A stretch of 64,000 nt of DNA. It comes from Eledone cirrhosa (lineage: Eukaryota). The notes under the pieces were generated by a model. That model had not been told where the DNA came from, ran no database searches, and worked only from the letters and a program-made list of their open reading frames with translations. A program made the translations under genes and the position numbers. Of this stretch, positions 1 to 15,100 are shown piece by piece (position 1 is the first letter of the stretch; each line of letters starts with the position of its first letter). Location of the stretch: NCBI GenBank assembly GCA_964016885.1, contig OZ024759.1, positions 3,286,001-3,350,000 of the forward strand. The letters run 5' to 3'.

Positions 1-279
1 GCTGGATGCCCTTCCTAACACCAACTACGTTTACAGTGTGGAACTGGGAGGTTTTTCCCGTGTTGCCTACACGGCCACATTACAGCGTGGACTGTCTGGC
101 GGGTTTTCTACAGCTGGATGCCCTTCCTAACACCAACCACATTTACAGTGTGGACTGGGAGATTTTTACCGTGTTGCCTACACGGCCACATTACAGCGTG
201 GACTGTCTGGCGGGTTTTCTACGGCTGGATGCCCTTCCTAACACCAACCACATTTACATTGTGGACTGGGAGATTTTTA

Positions 280-1870
280 CCGTGTTGCCTACACGGCCAC
301 ATTACAGCGTGGACTGACTGGCGGGTTTTCTACAGCTGGATGCTCTTCCTAACACCAACCACATTTACAGTGTGGGCTGGGAGGTTTTTACCGTGTTGCC
401 TACACGGCCACATTACAGTGTGGACTGTCTGGCGGGTTTTCTACAGCTGGATGCCCTTCCTAACACCAACTACGCTTACAGTGTGGAACTGGGAGGTTTT
501 TACCGCGTTGCCTACACGGCCACATTACAGCGTGGACTGTCTGGTGGGTTTTCTACGGCCTGATGCCCTTCCTAACACCAACCACATTTACAGTGTGGAC
601 TGGGAGGTTTTTACCGTGTTGCCTACAAGGCCACATTACAGCGTGGACTGTCTGGCGGGTTTTCTACGGCTGGATGCCCTTCCTAACACCAACCACATTT
701 ACATAGTGGACAGGGAGATTTTTACCGTGTTGCCTACACGGCCACATTACAGCGTGGACTGTCTGGCGGGTTTTCTACAGCTGGATGCCCTTCCTAACAC
801 CAACCACATTTACAGTGTGGACTGGGAGATTTTTACCGTGTTGCCTACACGGCCACATTACAGCGTGGACTGTCTGGCGGGTTTTCTACGGCTGGATGCC
901 CTTCCTAACACCAACCACATTTACAGTGTGGACTGGGAGGTTTTTACCGGGTTGCCTACACGGCCACATTACAGCGTGGACTGTCTGGCGGGTTATCTAC
1001 GGCTGGATGCCCTTCCTAACACCAACCACATTTACAGTGTGGACTGGGAGGTTTTTACCGTGTTGCCTACACGGCCACATTACAGCGTGGACTGACTGGC
1101 GGGTTTTCTACAGCTGGATGCTCTTCCTAACACCAACCACATTTACAGTGTGGGCTGGGAGGTTTTTACCGTGTTGCCTACACGGCCACATTACAGTGTG
1201 GACTGTCTGGCGGGTTTTCTACAGCTGGATGCCCTTCCTAACACCAACTACGCTTACAGTGTGGAACTGGGAGGTTTTTACCGCGTTGCCTACACGGCCA
1301 CATTACAGCGTGGACTGTCTGGTGGGTTTTCTACGGCCTGATGCCCTTCCTAACACCAACCACATTTACAGTGTGGACTGGGAGGTTTTTACCGTGTTGC
1401 CTACAAGGCCACATTACAGCGTGGACTGTCTGGCGGGTTTTCTACGGCTGGATGCCCTTCCTAACACCAACCACATTTACATAGTGGACAGGGAGATTTT
1501 TACCGTGTTGCCTACACGGCCACATTACAGCGTGGACTGTCTGGCGGGTTTTCTACAGCTGGATGCCCTTCCTAACACCAACCACATTTACAGTGTGGAC
1601 TGGGAGATTTTTACCGTGTTGCCTACACGGCCACATTACAGCGTGGACTGTCTGGCGGGTTTTCTACGGCTGGATGCCCTTCCTAACACCAACCACATTT
1701 ACAGTGTGGACTGGGAGGTTTTTACCGGGTTGCCTACACGGCCACATTACAGCGTGGACTGTCTGGCGGGTTATCTACGGCTGGATGCCCTTCCTAACAC
1801 CAACCACATTTACAGTGTGGACTGGGAGGTTTTTACCGTGTTGCCTACACGGCCACATTACAGCGTGGAC
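280..1870. repeat. Higher-order tandem duplication, 7-mer (778 bp) x2; boundaries approximate
   Basis: Rare variant GGCCTGATG occurs only at 557 and 1335 (offset 778); ACATAGTGGACAGGG at 701 and 1479; identical ORFs 372..563 and 1150..1341. Confidence 0.9.
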
Positions 1871-1879
1871 TGTCTGGCG

Positions 1880-4800
1880 GGTTTTCTACAGCTGGATGCC
1901 CTTCCTAACACCAACTACGTTTACAGTGTGGAACTGGGAGGTTTTTCCCGTGTTGCCTACACGGCCACATTACAGCGTGGACTGTCTGGCGGGTTTTCTA
2001 CAGCTGGATGCCCTTCCTAACACCAAGCACATTTACAGTGTGGACTGGGAGATTTTTACCGTGTTGCCTACACGGCCACATTACAGCGTGGACTGTCTGG
2101 CGGGTTTTCTACGGCTGGATGCCCTTCCTAACATCAACCACATTTAGTGTGGGGTTGCGAGGTTTTTACTGTGTTGCCTACACGGCCACATTACAGCGTG
2201 GACTGTCTGGCCGGTTTTCTATGGCTGGATGCCCTTCCTAACACCAACTACGCTTACAGTGTGGAACTGGGAGGTTTTTACCGTGTTGCCTACACGGCCA
2301 CATTACAGCGTGGACTGTCTGGCGGGTTTTCTACAGCTGGATGCCCTTCCTAACACCAACCACATTTACATTGTGGACTGGGAGATTTTTACCGTGTTGC
2401 CTACACGGCCACATTACAGCGTGGACTGTCTGGCGGGTTTTCTACAGCTGGATGCCCTTCCTAACACCAAGCACATTTACAGTGTGGACTGGGAGATTTT
2501 TACCGTGTTGCCTACACGGCCACATTACAGCGTGGACTGTCTGGCGGGTTTTCTACGGCTGGATGCCCTTCCTAACACCAACCACATTTACAGTGTGGAC
2601 TGGGAGGTTTTTACCGGGTTGCCTACACGGCCACATTACAGCGTGGACTGTCTGGCGGGTTATCTACGGCTGGATGCCCTTCCTAACACCAACCACATTT
2701 ACAGTGTGGACAGGGAGGTTTTTACCGGGTTGCCTACACGGCCACATTACAGCGTGGACTGTCTGGCGGGTTTTCTACAGCTGGATGCCCTTCCTAACAC
2801 CAACTACGCTTACAGTGTGGAACTGGGAGGTTTTTACCGTGTTGCCTACACGGCCACATTACAGCGTGGACTGTCTGGCGGGTTTTCTACAGCTGGATGC
2901 CCTTCCTAACACTAACCACATTTACAGTGTGGACTGGGAGATTTTTACTGTGTTGCCTACAAGGCCACATTACAGCGTGGACTGTCTGGCGGGTTTTCTA
3001 CGGCTAGATGCCCTTACTAACACCAACCACATTTACATTGTTAACTGGGAGATTTTTACCGTGTTGCCTACACGGCCACATTACAGCGTGGACTGACTGG
3101 CGGGTTTTCTACAGCTGGATGCTCTTCCTAACACCAACCACATTTACAGTGTGGGCTGGGAGGTTTTTACCGTGTTGCCTACACGGCCACATTACAGTGT
3201 GGACTGTCTGGCGGGTTTTCTACAGCTGGATGCCCTTCCTAACACCAACTACGCTTACAGTGTGGAACTGGGAGGTTTTTACCGCGTTGCCTACACGGCC
3301 ACATTACAGCGTGGACTGTCTGGCGGGTTTTCTACAGCTGGATGCCCTTCCTAACACCAACCACATTTACAGTGTGGACTGGGAGATTTTTACCGTGTTG
3401 CCTACACGGCCACATTACAGCGTGGACCGTCTGGCGGGTTTTCTACGGCTGGATGCCCTTCCTAACACCAATCACATTTACAGTGTGGACTGGGAGGTTT
3501 TTACCGTGTTGCCTACACGGCCACATTACAGCGTGGACTGTCTGGTGGGTTTTCTACGGCTGGATGCCCTTCCTAACACCAACCACATTTACAGTGTGGA
3601 CTGGGAGGTTTTTACCGGGTTGCCTACACGGCCACATTACAGCGTGGACTGTCTGGCGGGTTATCTACAGCTGGATGCCCTTCCTAACACCAACTACGTT
3701 TACAGTGTGGAACTGGGAGGTTTTTCCCGTGTTGCCTACACGGCCACATTACAGCGTGGACTGTCTGGCGGGTTTTCTACAGCTGGATGCCCTTCCTAAC
3801 ACCAAGCACATTTACAGTGTGGACTGGGAGATTTTTACCGTGTTGCCTACACGGCCACATTACAGCGTGGACTGTCTGGCGGGTTTTCTACGGCTGGATG
3901 CCCTTCCTAACATCAACCACATTTAGTGTGGGGTTGCGAGGTTTTTACTGTGTTGCCTACACGGCCACATTACAGCGTGGACTGTCTGGCCGGTTTTCTA
4001 CGGCTGGATGCCCTTCCTAACACCAACTACGCTTACAGTGTGGAACTGGGAGGTTTTTACCGTGTTGCCTACACGGCCACATTACAGCGTGGACTGTCTG
4101 GCGGGTTTTCTACAGCTGGATGCCCTTCCTAACACCAACCACATTTACATTGTGGACTGGGAGATTTTTACCGTGTTGCCTACACGGCCACATTACAGCG
4201 TGGACTGTCTGGCGGGTTTTCTACAGCTGGATGCCCTTCCTAACACCAAGCACATTTACAGTGTGGACTGGGAGATTTTTACCGTGTTGCCTACACGGCC
4301 ACATTACAGCGTGGACTGTCTGGCGGGTTTTCTACGGCTGGATGCCCTTCCTAACACCAACCACATTTACAGTGTGGACTGGGAGGTTTTTACCGGGTTG
4401 CCTACACGGCCACATTACAGCGTGGACTGTCTGGCGGGTTATCTACGGCTGGATGCCCTTCCTAACACCAACCACATTTACAGTGTGGACAGGGAGGTTT
4501 TTACCGGGTTGCCTACACGGCCACATTACAGCGTGGACTGTCTGGCGGGTTTTCTACAGCTGGATGCCCTTCCTAACACCAACTACGCTTACAGTGTGGA
4601 ACTGGGAGGTTTTTACCGTGTTGCCTACACGGCCACATTACAGCGTGGACTGTCTGGCGGGTTTTCTACAGCTGGATGCCCTTCCTAACACTAACCACAT
4701 TTACAGTGTGGACTGGGAGATTTTTACTGTGTTGCCTACAAGGCCACATTACAGCGTGGACTGTCTGGCGGGTTTTCTACGGCTAGATGCCCTTACTAAC

Positions 4801-5400
4801 ACCAACCACATTTACATTGTTAACTGGGAGATTTTTACCGTGTTGCCTACACGGCCACATTACAGCGTGGACTGACTGGCGGGTTTTCTACAGCTGGATG
4901 CTCTTCCTAACACCAACCACATTTACAGTGTGGGCTGGGAGGTTTTTACCGTGTTGCCTACACGGCCACATTACAGTGTGGACTGTCTGGCGGGTTTTCT
5001 ACAGCTGGATGCCCTTCCTAACACCAACTACGCTTACAGTGTGGAACTGGGAGGTTTTTACCGCGTTGCCTACACGGCCACATTACAGCGTGGACTGTCT
5101 GGCGGGTTTTCTACAGCTGGATGCCCTTCCTAACACCAACCACATTTACAGTGTGGACTGGGAGATTTTTACCGTGTTGCCTACACGGCCACATTACAGC
5201 GTGGACCGTCTGGCGGGTTTTCTACGGCTGGATGCCCTTCCTAACACCAATCACATTTACAGTGTGGACTGGGAGGTTTTTACCGTGTTGCCTACACGGC
5301 CACATTACAGCGTGGACTGTCTGGTGGGTTTTCTACGGCTGGATGCCCTTCCTAACACCAACCACATTTACAGTGTGGACTGGGAGGTTTTTACCGTGTT
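1880..5400. repeat. Higher-order tandem duplication, 16-mer (1779 bp) x2; boundaries approximate
   Basis: ACTAACC at 2911/4690; GCTAGATGCCCTTACTAAC at 3003/4782; ORF pairs 2147/3926, 2229/4008, 2341/4120, 3008/4787, 3151/4930 and 3342/5121 are all offset by 1779. Confidence 0.92.
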
Positions 5401-5999
5401 GCCTACAAGGCCACATTACAGCGTGGACTGTCTGGCGGGTTTTCTACGGCTGGATGCCCTTCCTAACACCAACCACATTTACATAGTGGACAGGGAGATT
5501 TTTACCGTGTTGCCTACACGGCCACATTACAGCGTGGACTGTCTGGCGGGTTTTCTACAGCTGGATGCCCTTCCTAACACCAACCACATTTACAGTGTGG
5601 ACTGGGAGATTTTTACCGTGTTGCCTACACGGCCACATTACAGCGTGGACTGTCTGGCGGATTTTCTACGGCTGGATGCCCTTCCTAACACCAACCACAT
5701 TTACAGTGTGGACTGGGAGGTTTTTACCGGGTTGCCTACACGGCCACATTACAGCGTGGACTGTCTGGCGGGTTATCTACGGCTGGATGCCCTTCCTAAC
5801 ACCAACCACATTTACAGTGTGGACTGGGAGGTTTTTACCGTGTTGCCTACACGGCCACATTACAGCGTGGACTGTCTGGCGGGTTTTCTACAGCTGGATG
5901 CCCTTCCTAACACCAACTACGTTCACAGTGTGGAACTGGGAGGTTTTTCCCGTGTTGCCTACACGGCCACATTACAGCGTGGACTGTCTGGCGGGTTTT

Positions 6000-8900
6000 C
6001 TACAGCTGGATGCCCTTCCTAACACCAACCACATTTACAGTGTGGACTGGGAGATTTTTACCGTGTTGCCTACACGGCCACATTACAGCGTGGACTGTCT
6101 GGCGGGTTTTCTACTGCTGGATGCCCTTCCTAACACCAACCACATTTACAGTGTGGACTGGGAGGTTTTTACCGTGTTGCCTACACGGCCACATTACAGC
6201 GTGGACTGTCTGGCGGGTTATCTACGGCTGGATGCCCTTCCTAACACCAACCACATTTACAGTGTGGAACTGGGAGGTTTTTACCGTGTTGCCTACACGG
6301 CCACATTACAGCGTGGACTGTCTGGCGGGTTTTCTACGGCTGGATGCTATTCCTAACACCAACCACATTTACATTTTGGACTGGGAGATTTTTACCGTGT
6401 TGCCTACACGGCCACATTACAGCGTGGACTGACTGGCGGGTTTTCTACAGCTGGATGCTCTTCCTAACACCAACCACATTTACAGTGTGGACTGGGAGAT
6501 TTTTACCGTGTTGCCTACACGGCCACATTACAGCGTGGACTGTCTGGCGGGTTTTCTACGGCTGGATGCCCTTCCTAACACCAACCACATTTAGTGTGGG
6601 GTTGCGAGGTTTTTACTGTGTTGCCTACACGGCCACATTACAGCGTGGACTGTCTGGCCGGTTTTCTACGGCTGGATGCCCTTCCTAACACCAACTACGC
6701 TTACAGTGTGGAACTGGGAGGTTTTTACCGTGTTGCCTACACGGCCACCTTACAGCGTGGACTGTCTGGCGGGTTTTCTACAGCTGGATGCCCTTCCTAA
6801 CACCAACCACATTTACATTGTGGACTGGGAGATTTTTACCGTGTTGCCTACACGGCCACATTACAGCGTGGACTGTCTGGCGGGTTTTCTACAGCTGGAT
6901 GCCCTTCCTAACACCAACCACATTTACAGTGTTGACTGGGAGATTTTTACCGTGTTGCCTACACGGCCACATTACAGCGTGGACTGTCTGGCGGGTTTTC
7001 TACGGCTGGATGCCCTTCCTAACACCAACCACATTTACAGTGTGGACTGGGAGGTTTTTACCGGGTTGCCTACACGGCCACATTACAGCGTGGACTGTCT
7101 GGCGGGTTATCTACGGCTGGATGCCCTTCCTAACACCAACCACATTTACAGTGTGGACTGGGAGGTTTTTACCGGGTTGCCTACACGGCCACATTACAGC
7201 GTGGACTGTCTGGCGGGTTATCTACGGCTGGATGCCCTTCCTAACACCAACCACATTTACAGTGTGGACTGGGAGGTTTTTACCGTGTTGCCTACACGGC
7301 CACATTACAGCGTGGACTGTCTGGCGGGTTTTCTATAGCTGGATGCCCTTCCTAACACCAACTACGTTTACAGTGTGGAACTGGGAGGTTTTTCCCGTGT
7401 TGCCTACACGGCCACATTACAGCGTGGACTGTCTGGCGGGTTTTCTACAGCTGGATGCCCTTCCTAACACCAACCACATTTACAGTGTGGACTGGGAGAT
7501 TTTTACCGTGTTGCCTACACGGCCACATTACAGCGTGGACTGTCTGGCGGGTTTTCTACAGCTGGATGCCCTTCCTAACACCAACCACATTTACAGTGTT
7601 GACTGGGAGATTTTTACCGTGTTGCCTACACGGCCACATTACAGCGTGGACTGTCTGGCGGGTTTTCTACGGCTGGATGCCCTTCCTAACACCAACCACA
7701 TTTACAGTGTGGACTGGGAGGTTTTTACCGGGTTGCCTACACGGCCACATTACAGCGTGGACTGTCTGGCGGGTTATCTACGGCTGGATGCCCTTCCTAA
7801 CACCAACCACATTTACAGTGTGGACTGGGAGGTTTTTACCGGGTTGCCTACACGGCCACATTACAGCGTGGACTGTCTGGCGGGTTATCTACGGCTGGAT
7901 GCCCTTCCTAACACCAACCACATTTACAGTGTGGACTGGGAGGTTTTTACCGTGTTGCCTACACGGCCACATTACAGCGTGGACTGTCTGGCGGGTTTTC
8001 TATAGCTGGATGCCCTTCCTAACACCAACTACGTTTACAGTGTGGAACTGGGAGGTTTTTCCCGTGTTGCCTACACGGCCACATTACAGCGTGGACTGTC
8101 TGGCGGGTTTTCTACAGCTGGATGCCCTTCCTAACACCAACCACATTTACAGTGTGGACTGGGAGATTTTTACCGTGTTGCCTACACGGCCACATTACAG
8201 CGTGGACTGTCTGGCGGGTTTTCTACAGCTGGATGCCCTTCCTAACACCAACCACATTTACAGTGTGGACTGGGAGGTTTTTACCGTGTTGCCTACACGG
8301 CCACATTACAGCGTGGACTGTCTGGCGGGTTATCTACGGCTGGATGCCCTTCCTAACACCAACCACATTTACAGTGTGGAACTGGGAGGTTTTTACCGTG
8401 TTGCCTACACGGCCACATTACAGCGTGGACTGTCTGGCGGGTTTTCTACGGCTGGATGCTATTCCTAACACCAACCACATTTCCATTTTGGACTGGGAGA
8501 TTTTTACCGTGTTGCCTACACGGCCACATTACAGCGTGGACTGACTGGCGGGTTTTCTACAGCTGGATGCTCTTCCTAACACCAACCACATTTACAGTGT
8601 GGACTGGGAGATTTTTACCGTGTTGCCTACACGGCCACATTACAGCGTGGACTGTCTGGCGGGTTTTCTACGGCTGGATGCCCTTCCTAACACCAACCAC
8701 ATTTAGTGTGGGGTTGCGAGGTTTTTACTGTGTTGCCTACACGGCCACATTACAGCGTGGACTGTCTGGCCGGTTTTCTACGGCTGGATGCCCTTCCTAA
8801 CACCAACTACGCTTACAGTGTGGAACTGGGAGGTTTTTACCGTGTTGCCTACACGGCCACATTACAGCGTGGACTGTCTGGCGGGTTTTCTACAGCTGGA

Positions 8901-9000
8901 TGCCCTTCCTAACACCAACCACATTTACATTGTGGACTGGGAGATTTTTACCGTGTTGCCTACACGGCCACATTACAGCGTGGACTGTCTGGCGGGTTTT
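6000..9000. repeat. Block recurring at a 19-mer (2112 bp) offset, containing an internal 6-mer (667 bp) tandem duplication at about 6890-8230
   Basis: ORF pairs 6010/8122, 6344/8456, 6594/8706 and 6676/8788 are offset by 2112; CTATAGCTGG at 7333 and 8000 is offset by 667. Confidence 0.85.
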
Positions 9001-10009
9001 CTACAGCTGGATGCCCTTCCTAACACCAAGCACATTTACAGTGTGGACTGGGAGATTTTTACCGTGTTGCCTACATGGCCACATTACAGCGTGGACTGTC
9101 TGGCGGGTTTTCTACGGCTGGATGCCCTTCCTAACACCAACCACATTTACAGTGTGGACTGGGAGGTTTTTACCGGGTTGCCTACACGGCCACATTACAG
9201 CGTGGACTGTCTGGCGGGTTATCTACGGCTGGATGCCCTTCCTAACACCAACCACATTTACAGTGTGGACAGGGAGGTTTTTACCGTGTTGCCTACACGG
9301 CCACATTACAGCGTGGACTGTCTGGCGGGTTTTCTACAGCTGGATGCCCTTCCTAACACCAACTACGCTTACAGTGTGGAACTGGGAGGTTTTTACCGTG
9401 TTGCCTACACGGCCACATTACAGCGTGGACTGTCTGGCGGGTTTTCTACAGCTGGATGCCCTTCCTAACACCAACCACATTTACAGTGTGGACTGGGAGA
9501 TTTTTACCGTGTTGCCTACAAGGCCACATTACAGCGTGGACTGTCTGGCGGGTTTTCTACGGCTAGATGCCCTTACTAACACCAACCACATTTACATTGT
9601 TAACTGGGAGATTTTTACCGTGTTGCCTACACGGCCACATTACAGCGTGGACTGTCTGGCGGGTTTTCTACAGCTGGATGCCCTTCCTAACACCAACCAC
9701 ATTTACAGTGTGGACTGGGAGATTTTTACCGTGTTGCCTACACGGCCACATTACAGCGTGGACTGTCTGGCGGGTTTTCTACGGCTGGATGCCCTTCCTA
9801 ACACCAACCACATTTACAGTGTGGACTGGGAGGTTTTTACCGGGTTGCCTACACGGCCACATTACAGCGTGGACTGTCTGGCGGGTTTTCTACGGCTGGA
9901 TGCCCTTCCTAACACCAACTACGCTTACAGTGTGGAACTGGGAGGTTTTTACCGTGTTGCCTACACGGCCACATTACAGCGTGGACTGTCTGGCGGGTTT
10001 TCTACAGCT

Positions 10010-13000
10010 GGATGCCCTTCCTAACACCAACCACATTTACATTGTGGACTGGGAGATTTTTACCGTGTTGCCTACACGGCCACATTACAGCGTGGACTGT
10101 CTGGCGGGTTTTCTACAGCTGGATGCCCTTCCTAACACCAACCACATTTACAGTGTTGACTGGGAGATTTTTACCGTGTTGCCTACACGGCCACATTACA
10201 GCGTGGACTGTCTGGCGGGTTTTCTACGGCTGGATGCCCTTCCTAACACCAACCACATTTACAGTGTGGACTGGGAGGTTTTTACCGGGTTGCCTACACG
10301 GGCACATTACAGCGTGGACTGTCTGGCCGGTTTTCTACGGCTGGATGCCCTTCCTAACACCAACCACATTTACAGTGTGGACTGGGAGGTTTTTACCGGG
10401 TTGCCTACACGGCCACATTACAGCGTGGACTGTCTGGCGGGTTATCTACGGCTGGATGCCCTTCCTAACACCAACCACATTTACAGTGTGGACTGGGAGG
10501 TTTTTACCGTGTTGCCTACACGGCCACATTACAGCGTGGACTGTCTGGCGGGTTTTCTACAGCTGGATGCCCTTCCTAACACCAACTACGTTTACAGTGT
10601 GGAACTGGGAGGTTTTTCCCGTGTTGCCTAAACGGCCACATTACAGCGTGGACTGTCTGGCGGGTTTTCTACAGCTGGATGCCCTTCCTAACACCAACCA
10701 CATTTACAGTGTGGACTGGGAGATTTTTACCGTGTTGCCTACACGGCCACATTACAGCGTGGACTGTCTGGCGGGTTTTCTACGGCTGGATGCCCTTCCT
10801 AACACCAACCACATTTACAGTGTGGACTGGGAGGTTTTTACCGTGTTGCCTACACGGCCACATTACAGCGTGGACTGTCTGGCGGGTTATCTACGGCTGG
10901 ATGCCCTTCCTAACACCAACCACATTTACAGTGTGGACTGGGAGGTTTTTACCGTGTTGCCTACACGGCCACATTGCAGCGTGGACTATCTGGCCGGTTT
11001 TCTACGGCTGGATGCTATTCCTAACACCAACCACATTTACATTTTGGACTGGGAGATTTTTACCGTGTTGCCTACACGGCGACATTACCGCGTGGACTGA
11101 CTGGCGGGTTTTCTACAGCTGGATGCTCTTCCTAACACCAACCACATTTACAGTGTGGACTGGGAGATTTTTACCGTGTTGCCTACACGGCCACATTACA
11201 GCGTGGACTGTCTGGCGGGTTTTCTACGGCTGGATGCCCTTCCTAACACCAACCACATTTAGTGTGGGGTTGCGAGGTTTTTACTGTGTTGCCTTCACGG
11301 CCACATTACAGCGTGGACTGTCTGGCCGGTTTTCTACGGCTGGATGTCCTTCCTAACACCAACTACGCTTACAGTGTGGAACTGGGAGGTTTTTACCGTG
11401 TTGCCTACACGGCCACATTACAGCGTGGACTGTCTGGCGGGTTTTCTACAGCTGGATGCCCTTCCTAACACCAACCACATTTACATTGTGGACTGGGAGA
11501 TTTTTACCGTGTTGCCTACACGGCCACATTACAGCGTGGACTGTCTGGCGGGTTTTCTACAGCTGGATGCCCTTCCTAACACCAACCACATTTACAGTGT
11601 TGACTGGGAGATTTTTACCGTGTTGCCTACGCGGCCACATTACAGCGTGGACTGTCTGGCGGGTTTTCTACGGCTGGATGCCCTTCCTAACACCAACCAC
11701 ATTTACAGTGTGGACTGGGAGGTTTTTACCGGGTTGCCTACACGGCCACATTACAGCGTGGACTGTCTGGCGGGTTATCTACGGCTGGATGCCCTTCCTA
11801 ACACCAACCACATTTACACTGTGGACTGGGAGGTTTTTACCGTGTTGCCTACACGGCCACATTACAGCGTGGACTGTCTGGCGGGTTTTCTACAGCTGGA
11901 TGCCCTTCCTAACACCAACTACGCTTACAGTGTGGAACTGGGAGGTTTTTACCGTGTTGCCTACACGGCCACATTACAGCGTGGACTGTCTGGCGGGTTT
12001 TCTACAGCTGGATGCCCTTCCTAACACCAACCACATTTACAGTGTGGACTGGGAGATTTTTACCGTGTTGCCTACAAGGCCACATTACAGCGTGGACTGT
12101 CTGGCGGGTTTTCTACGGCTGGATGCCCTTCCTAACACCAACCACATTTACATTGTTAACTGGGAGATTTTTACCGTGTTGCCTACACGGCCACATTACA
12201 GCGTGGAGTGTCTGGCGGGTTTTCTACAGCTGGATGCCCTTCCTAACACCAACCACATTTACAGTGTGGACTGGGAGATTTTTACCGTGTTGCCTACACG
12301 GCCACATTACAGCGTGGACTGTCTGGCGGGTTTTCTACGGCTGGATGCCCTTCCTAACACCAACCACATTTACAGTGTGGACTGGGAGGTTTTTACCGGG
12401 TTGCCTACACGGCCACATTACAGCGTGGACTGTCTGGCGGGTTATCTACGGCTGGATGCCCTTCCTAACACCAACCACATTTACATTGTGGACTGGGAGA
12501 TTTTTACCGTGTTGCCTACACGGCCACATTACAGCGTGGACTGTCTGGCGGGTTTTCTACAGCTGGATGCCCTTCCTAACACCAACCACATTTACAGTGT
12601 TGACTGGGAGATTTTTACCGTGTTGCCTACACGGCCACATTACAGCGTGGACTCTCTGGCGGGTTTTCTACGGCTGGATGCCCTTCCTAACACCAACCAC
12701 ATTTACAGTGTGGACTGGGAGGTTTTTACCGGGTTGCCTACACGGGCACATTACAGCGTGGACTGTCTGGCCGGTTTTCTACGGCTGGATGCCCTTCCTA
12801 ACACCAACCACATTTACAGTGTGGACTGGGAGGTTTTTACCGGGTTGCCTACACGGCCACATTACAGCGTGGACTGTCTGGCGGGTTATCTACGGCTGGA
12901 TGCCCTTCCTAACACCAACCACATTTACAGTGTGGACTGGGAGGTTTTTACCGTGTTGCCTACACGGCCACATTACAGCGTGGACTGTCTGGCGGGTTTT

Positions 13001-15100
13001 CTACAGCTGGATGCCCTTCCTAACACCAACTACGTTTACAGTGTGGAACTGGGAGGTTTTTCCCGTGTTGCCTACACGGCCACATTACAGCGTGGACTGT
13101 CTGGCGGGTTTTCTACAGCTGGATGCCCTTCCTAACACCAACCACATTTACAGTGTGGACTGGGAGATTTTTACCGTGTTGCCTACACGGCCACATTACA
13201 GCGTGGACTGTCTGGCGGGTTTTCTACGGCTGGATGCCCTTCCTAACACCAACCACATTTACAGTGTGGACTGGGAGATTTTTACCGTGTTGCCTACACG
13301 GCCACATTACAGCGTGGACTGTCTGGCGGGTTTTCTACGGCTGGATGCCCTTCCTAACACCAACCACATTTACAGTGTGGACTGGGAGGTTTTTACCGTG
13401 TTGCCTACACGGCCATATTATAGCGTGGACTGTCTGGCGGGTTTTCTACAGCTGGATGCTCTTCCTAACACCAACCACATTTACAGTGTGGACTGGGAGG
13501 TTTTTACCGTGTTGCCTACACGGCCACATTACAGCGTGGACTGTCTGGCGGGTTATCTACGGCTGGATGCCCTTCCTAACACCAACCACATTTACAGTGT
13601 GGACTGGGAGGTTTTTACCGTGTTGCCTACACGGCCACATTACAGCGTGGACTATCTGGCCGGTTTTCTACGGCTGGATGCTATTCCTAACACCAACCAC
13701 ATTTACATTTTGGACTGGGAGATTTTTACCGTGTTGCCTACACGGCGACATTACAGCGTGGACTGACTGGCGGGTTTTCTACGGCTGGATGCCCTTCCTA
13801 ACACCAACCACATTTAGTGTGGGGTTGCGAGGTTTTTACTGTGTTGCCTACACGGCCACATTACAGCGTGGACTGTCTGGCCGGTTTTCTACGGCTGGAT
13901 GTCCTTCCTAACACCAACTACGCTTACAGTGTGGAACTGGGAGGTTTTTACCGTGTTGCCTACACGGCCACATTACAGCGTGGACTGTCTGGCGGGTTTT
14001 CTACAGCTGGATGCCCTTCCTAACACCAACCACATTTACATTGTGGACTGGGAGATTTTTACCGTGTTGCCTACACGGCCACATTACAGCGTGGACTGTC
14101 TGGCGGGTTTTCTACAGCTGGATGCCCTTCCTAACACCAACCACATTTACAGTGTTGACTGGGAGATTTTTACCGTGTTGCCTACACGGCCACATTACAG
14201 CGTGGACTGTCTGGCGGGTTTTCTACGGCTGGATGCCCTTCCTAACACCAACCACATTTACAGTGTGGACTGGGAGGTTTTTACCGGGTTGCCTACACGG
14301 CCACATTACAGCGTGGACTGTCTGGCGGGTTATCTACGGCTGGATGCCCTTCCTAACACCAACCACATTTACACTGTGGACTGGGAGGTTTTTACCGTGT
14401 TGCCTACACGGCCACATTACAGCGTGGACTGTCTGGCGGGTTTTCTACAGCTGGATGCCCTTCCTAACACCAACTACGCTTACAGTGTGGAACTGGGAGG
14501 TTTTTACCGTGTTGCCTACACGGCCACATTACAGCGTGGACTGTCTGGCGGGTTTTCTACAGCTGGATGCCCTTCCTAACACCAACCACATTTACAGTGT
14601 GGACTGGGAGATTTTTACCGTGTTGCCTACAAGGCCACATTAGAGCGTGGACTGTCTGGCGGGTTTTCTACGGCTGGATGCCCTTCCTAACACCAACCAC
14701 ATTTACATTGTTAACTGGGAGATTTTTACCGTGTTGCCTACACGGCCACATTACAGCGTGGAGTGTCTGGCGGGTTTTCTACAGCTGGATGCGCTTCCTA
14801 ACACCAACCACATTTACAGTGTGGACTGGGAGATTTTTACCGTGTTGCCTACACGGCCACATTACAGCGTGGACTGTCTGGCGGGTTTTCTACGGCTGGA
14901 TGCCCTTCCTAACACCAACCACATTTACAGTGTGGACTGGGAGGTTTTTACCGGGTTGCCTACACGGCCACATTACAGCGTGGACTGTCTGGCGGGTTAT
15001 CTACGGCTGGATGCCCTTCCTAACACCAACCACATTTACAGTGTGGACTGGGAGGTTTTTACCGTGTTGCCTACACGGCCACATTACAGCGTGGACTGTC
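10010..15100. repeat. Higher-order tandem duplication, about 23-mer (2555 bp; locally 2444 or 2666) x2
   Basis: GGATGTCC at 11342/13897 and GTGGAGTG at 12203/14758 (offset 2555); GGCACATT at 10301/12745 (2444); GGCGAC at 11078/13744 (2666). Confidence 0.87.
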
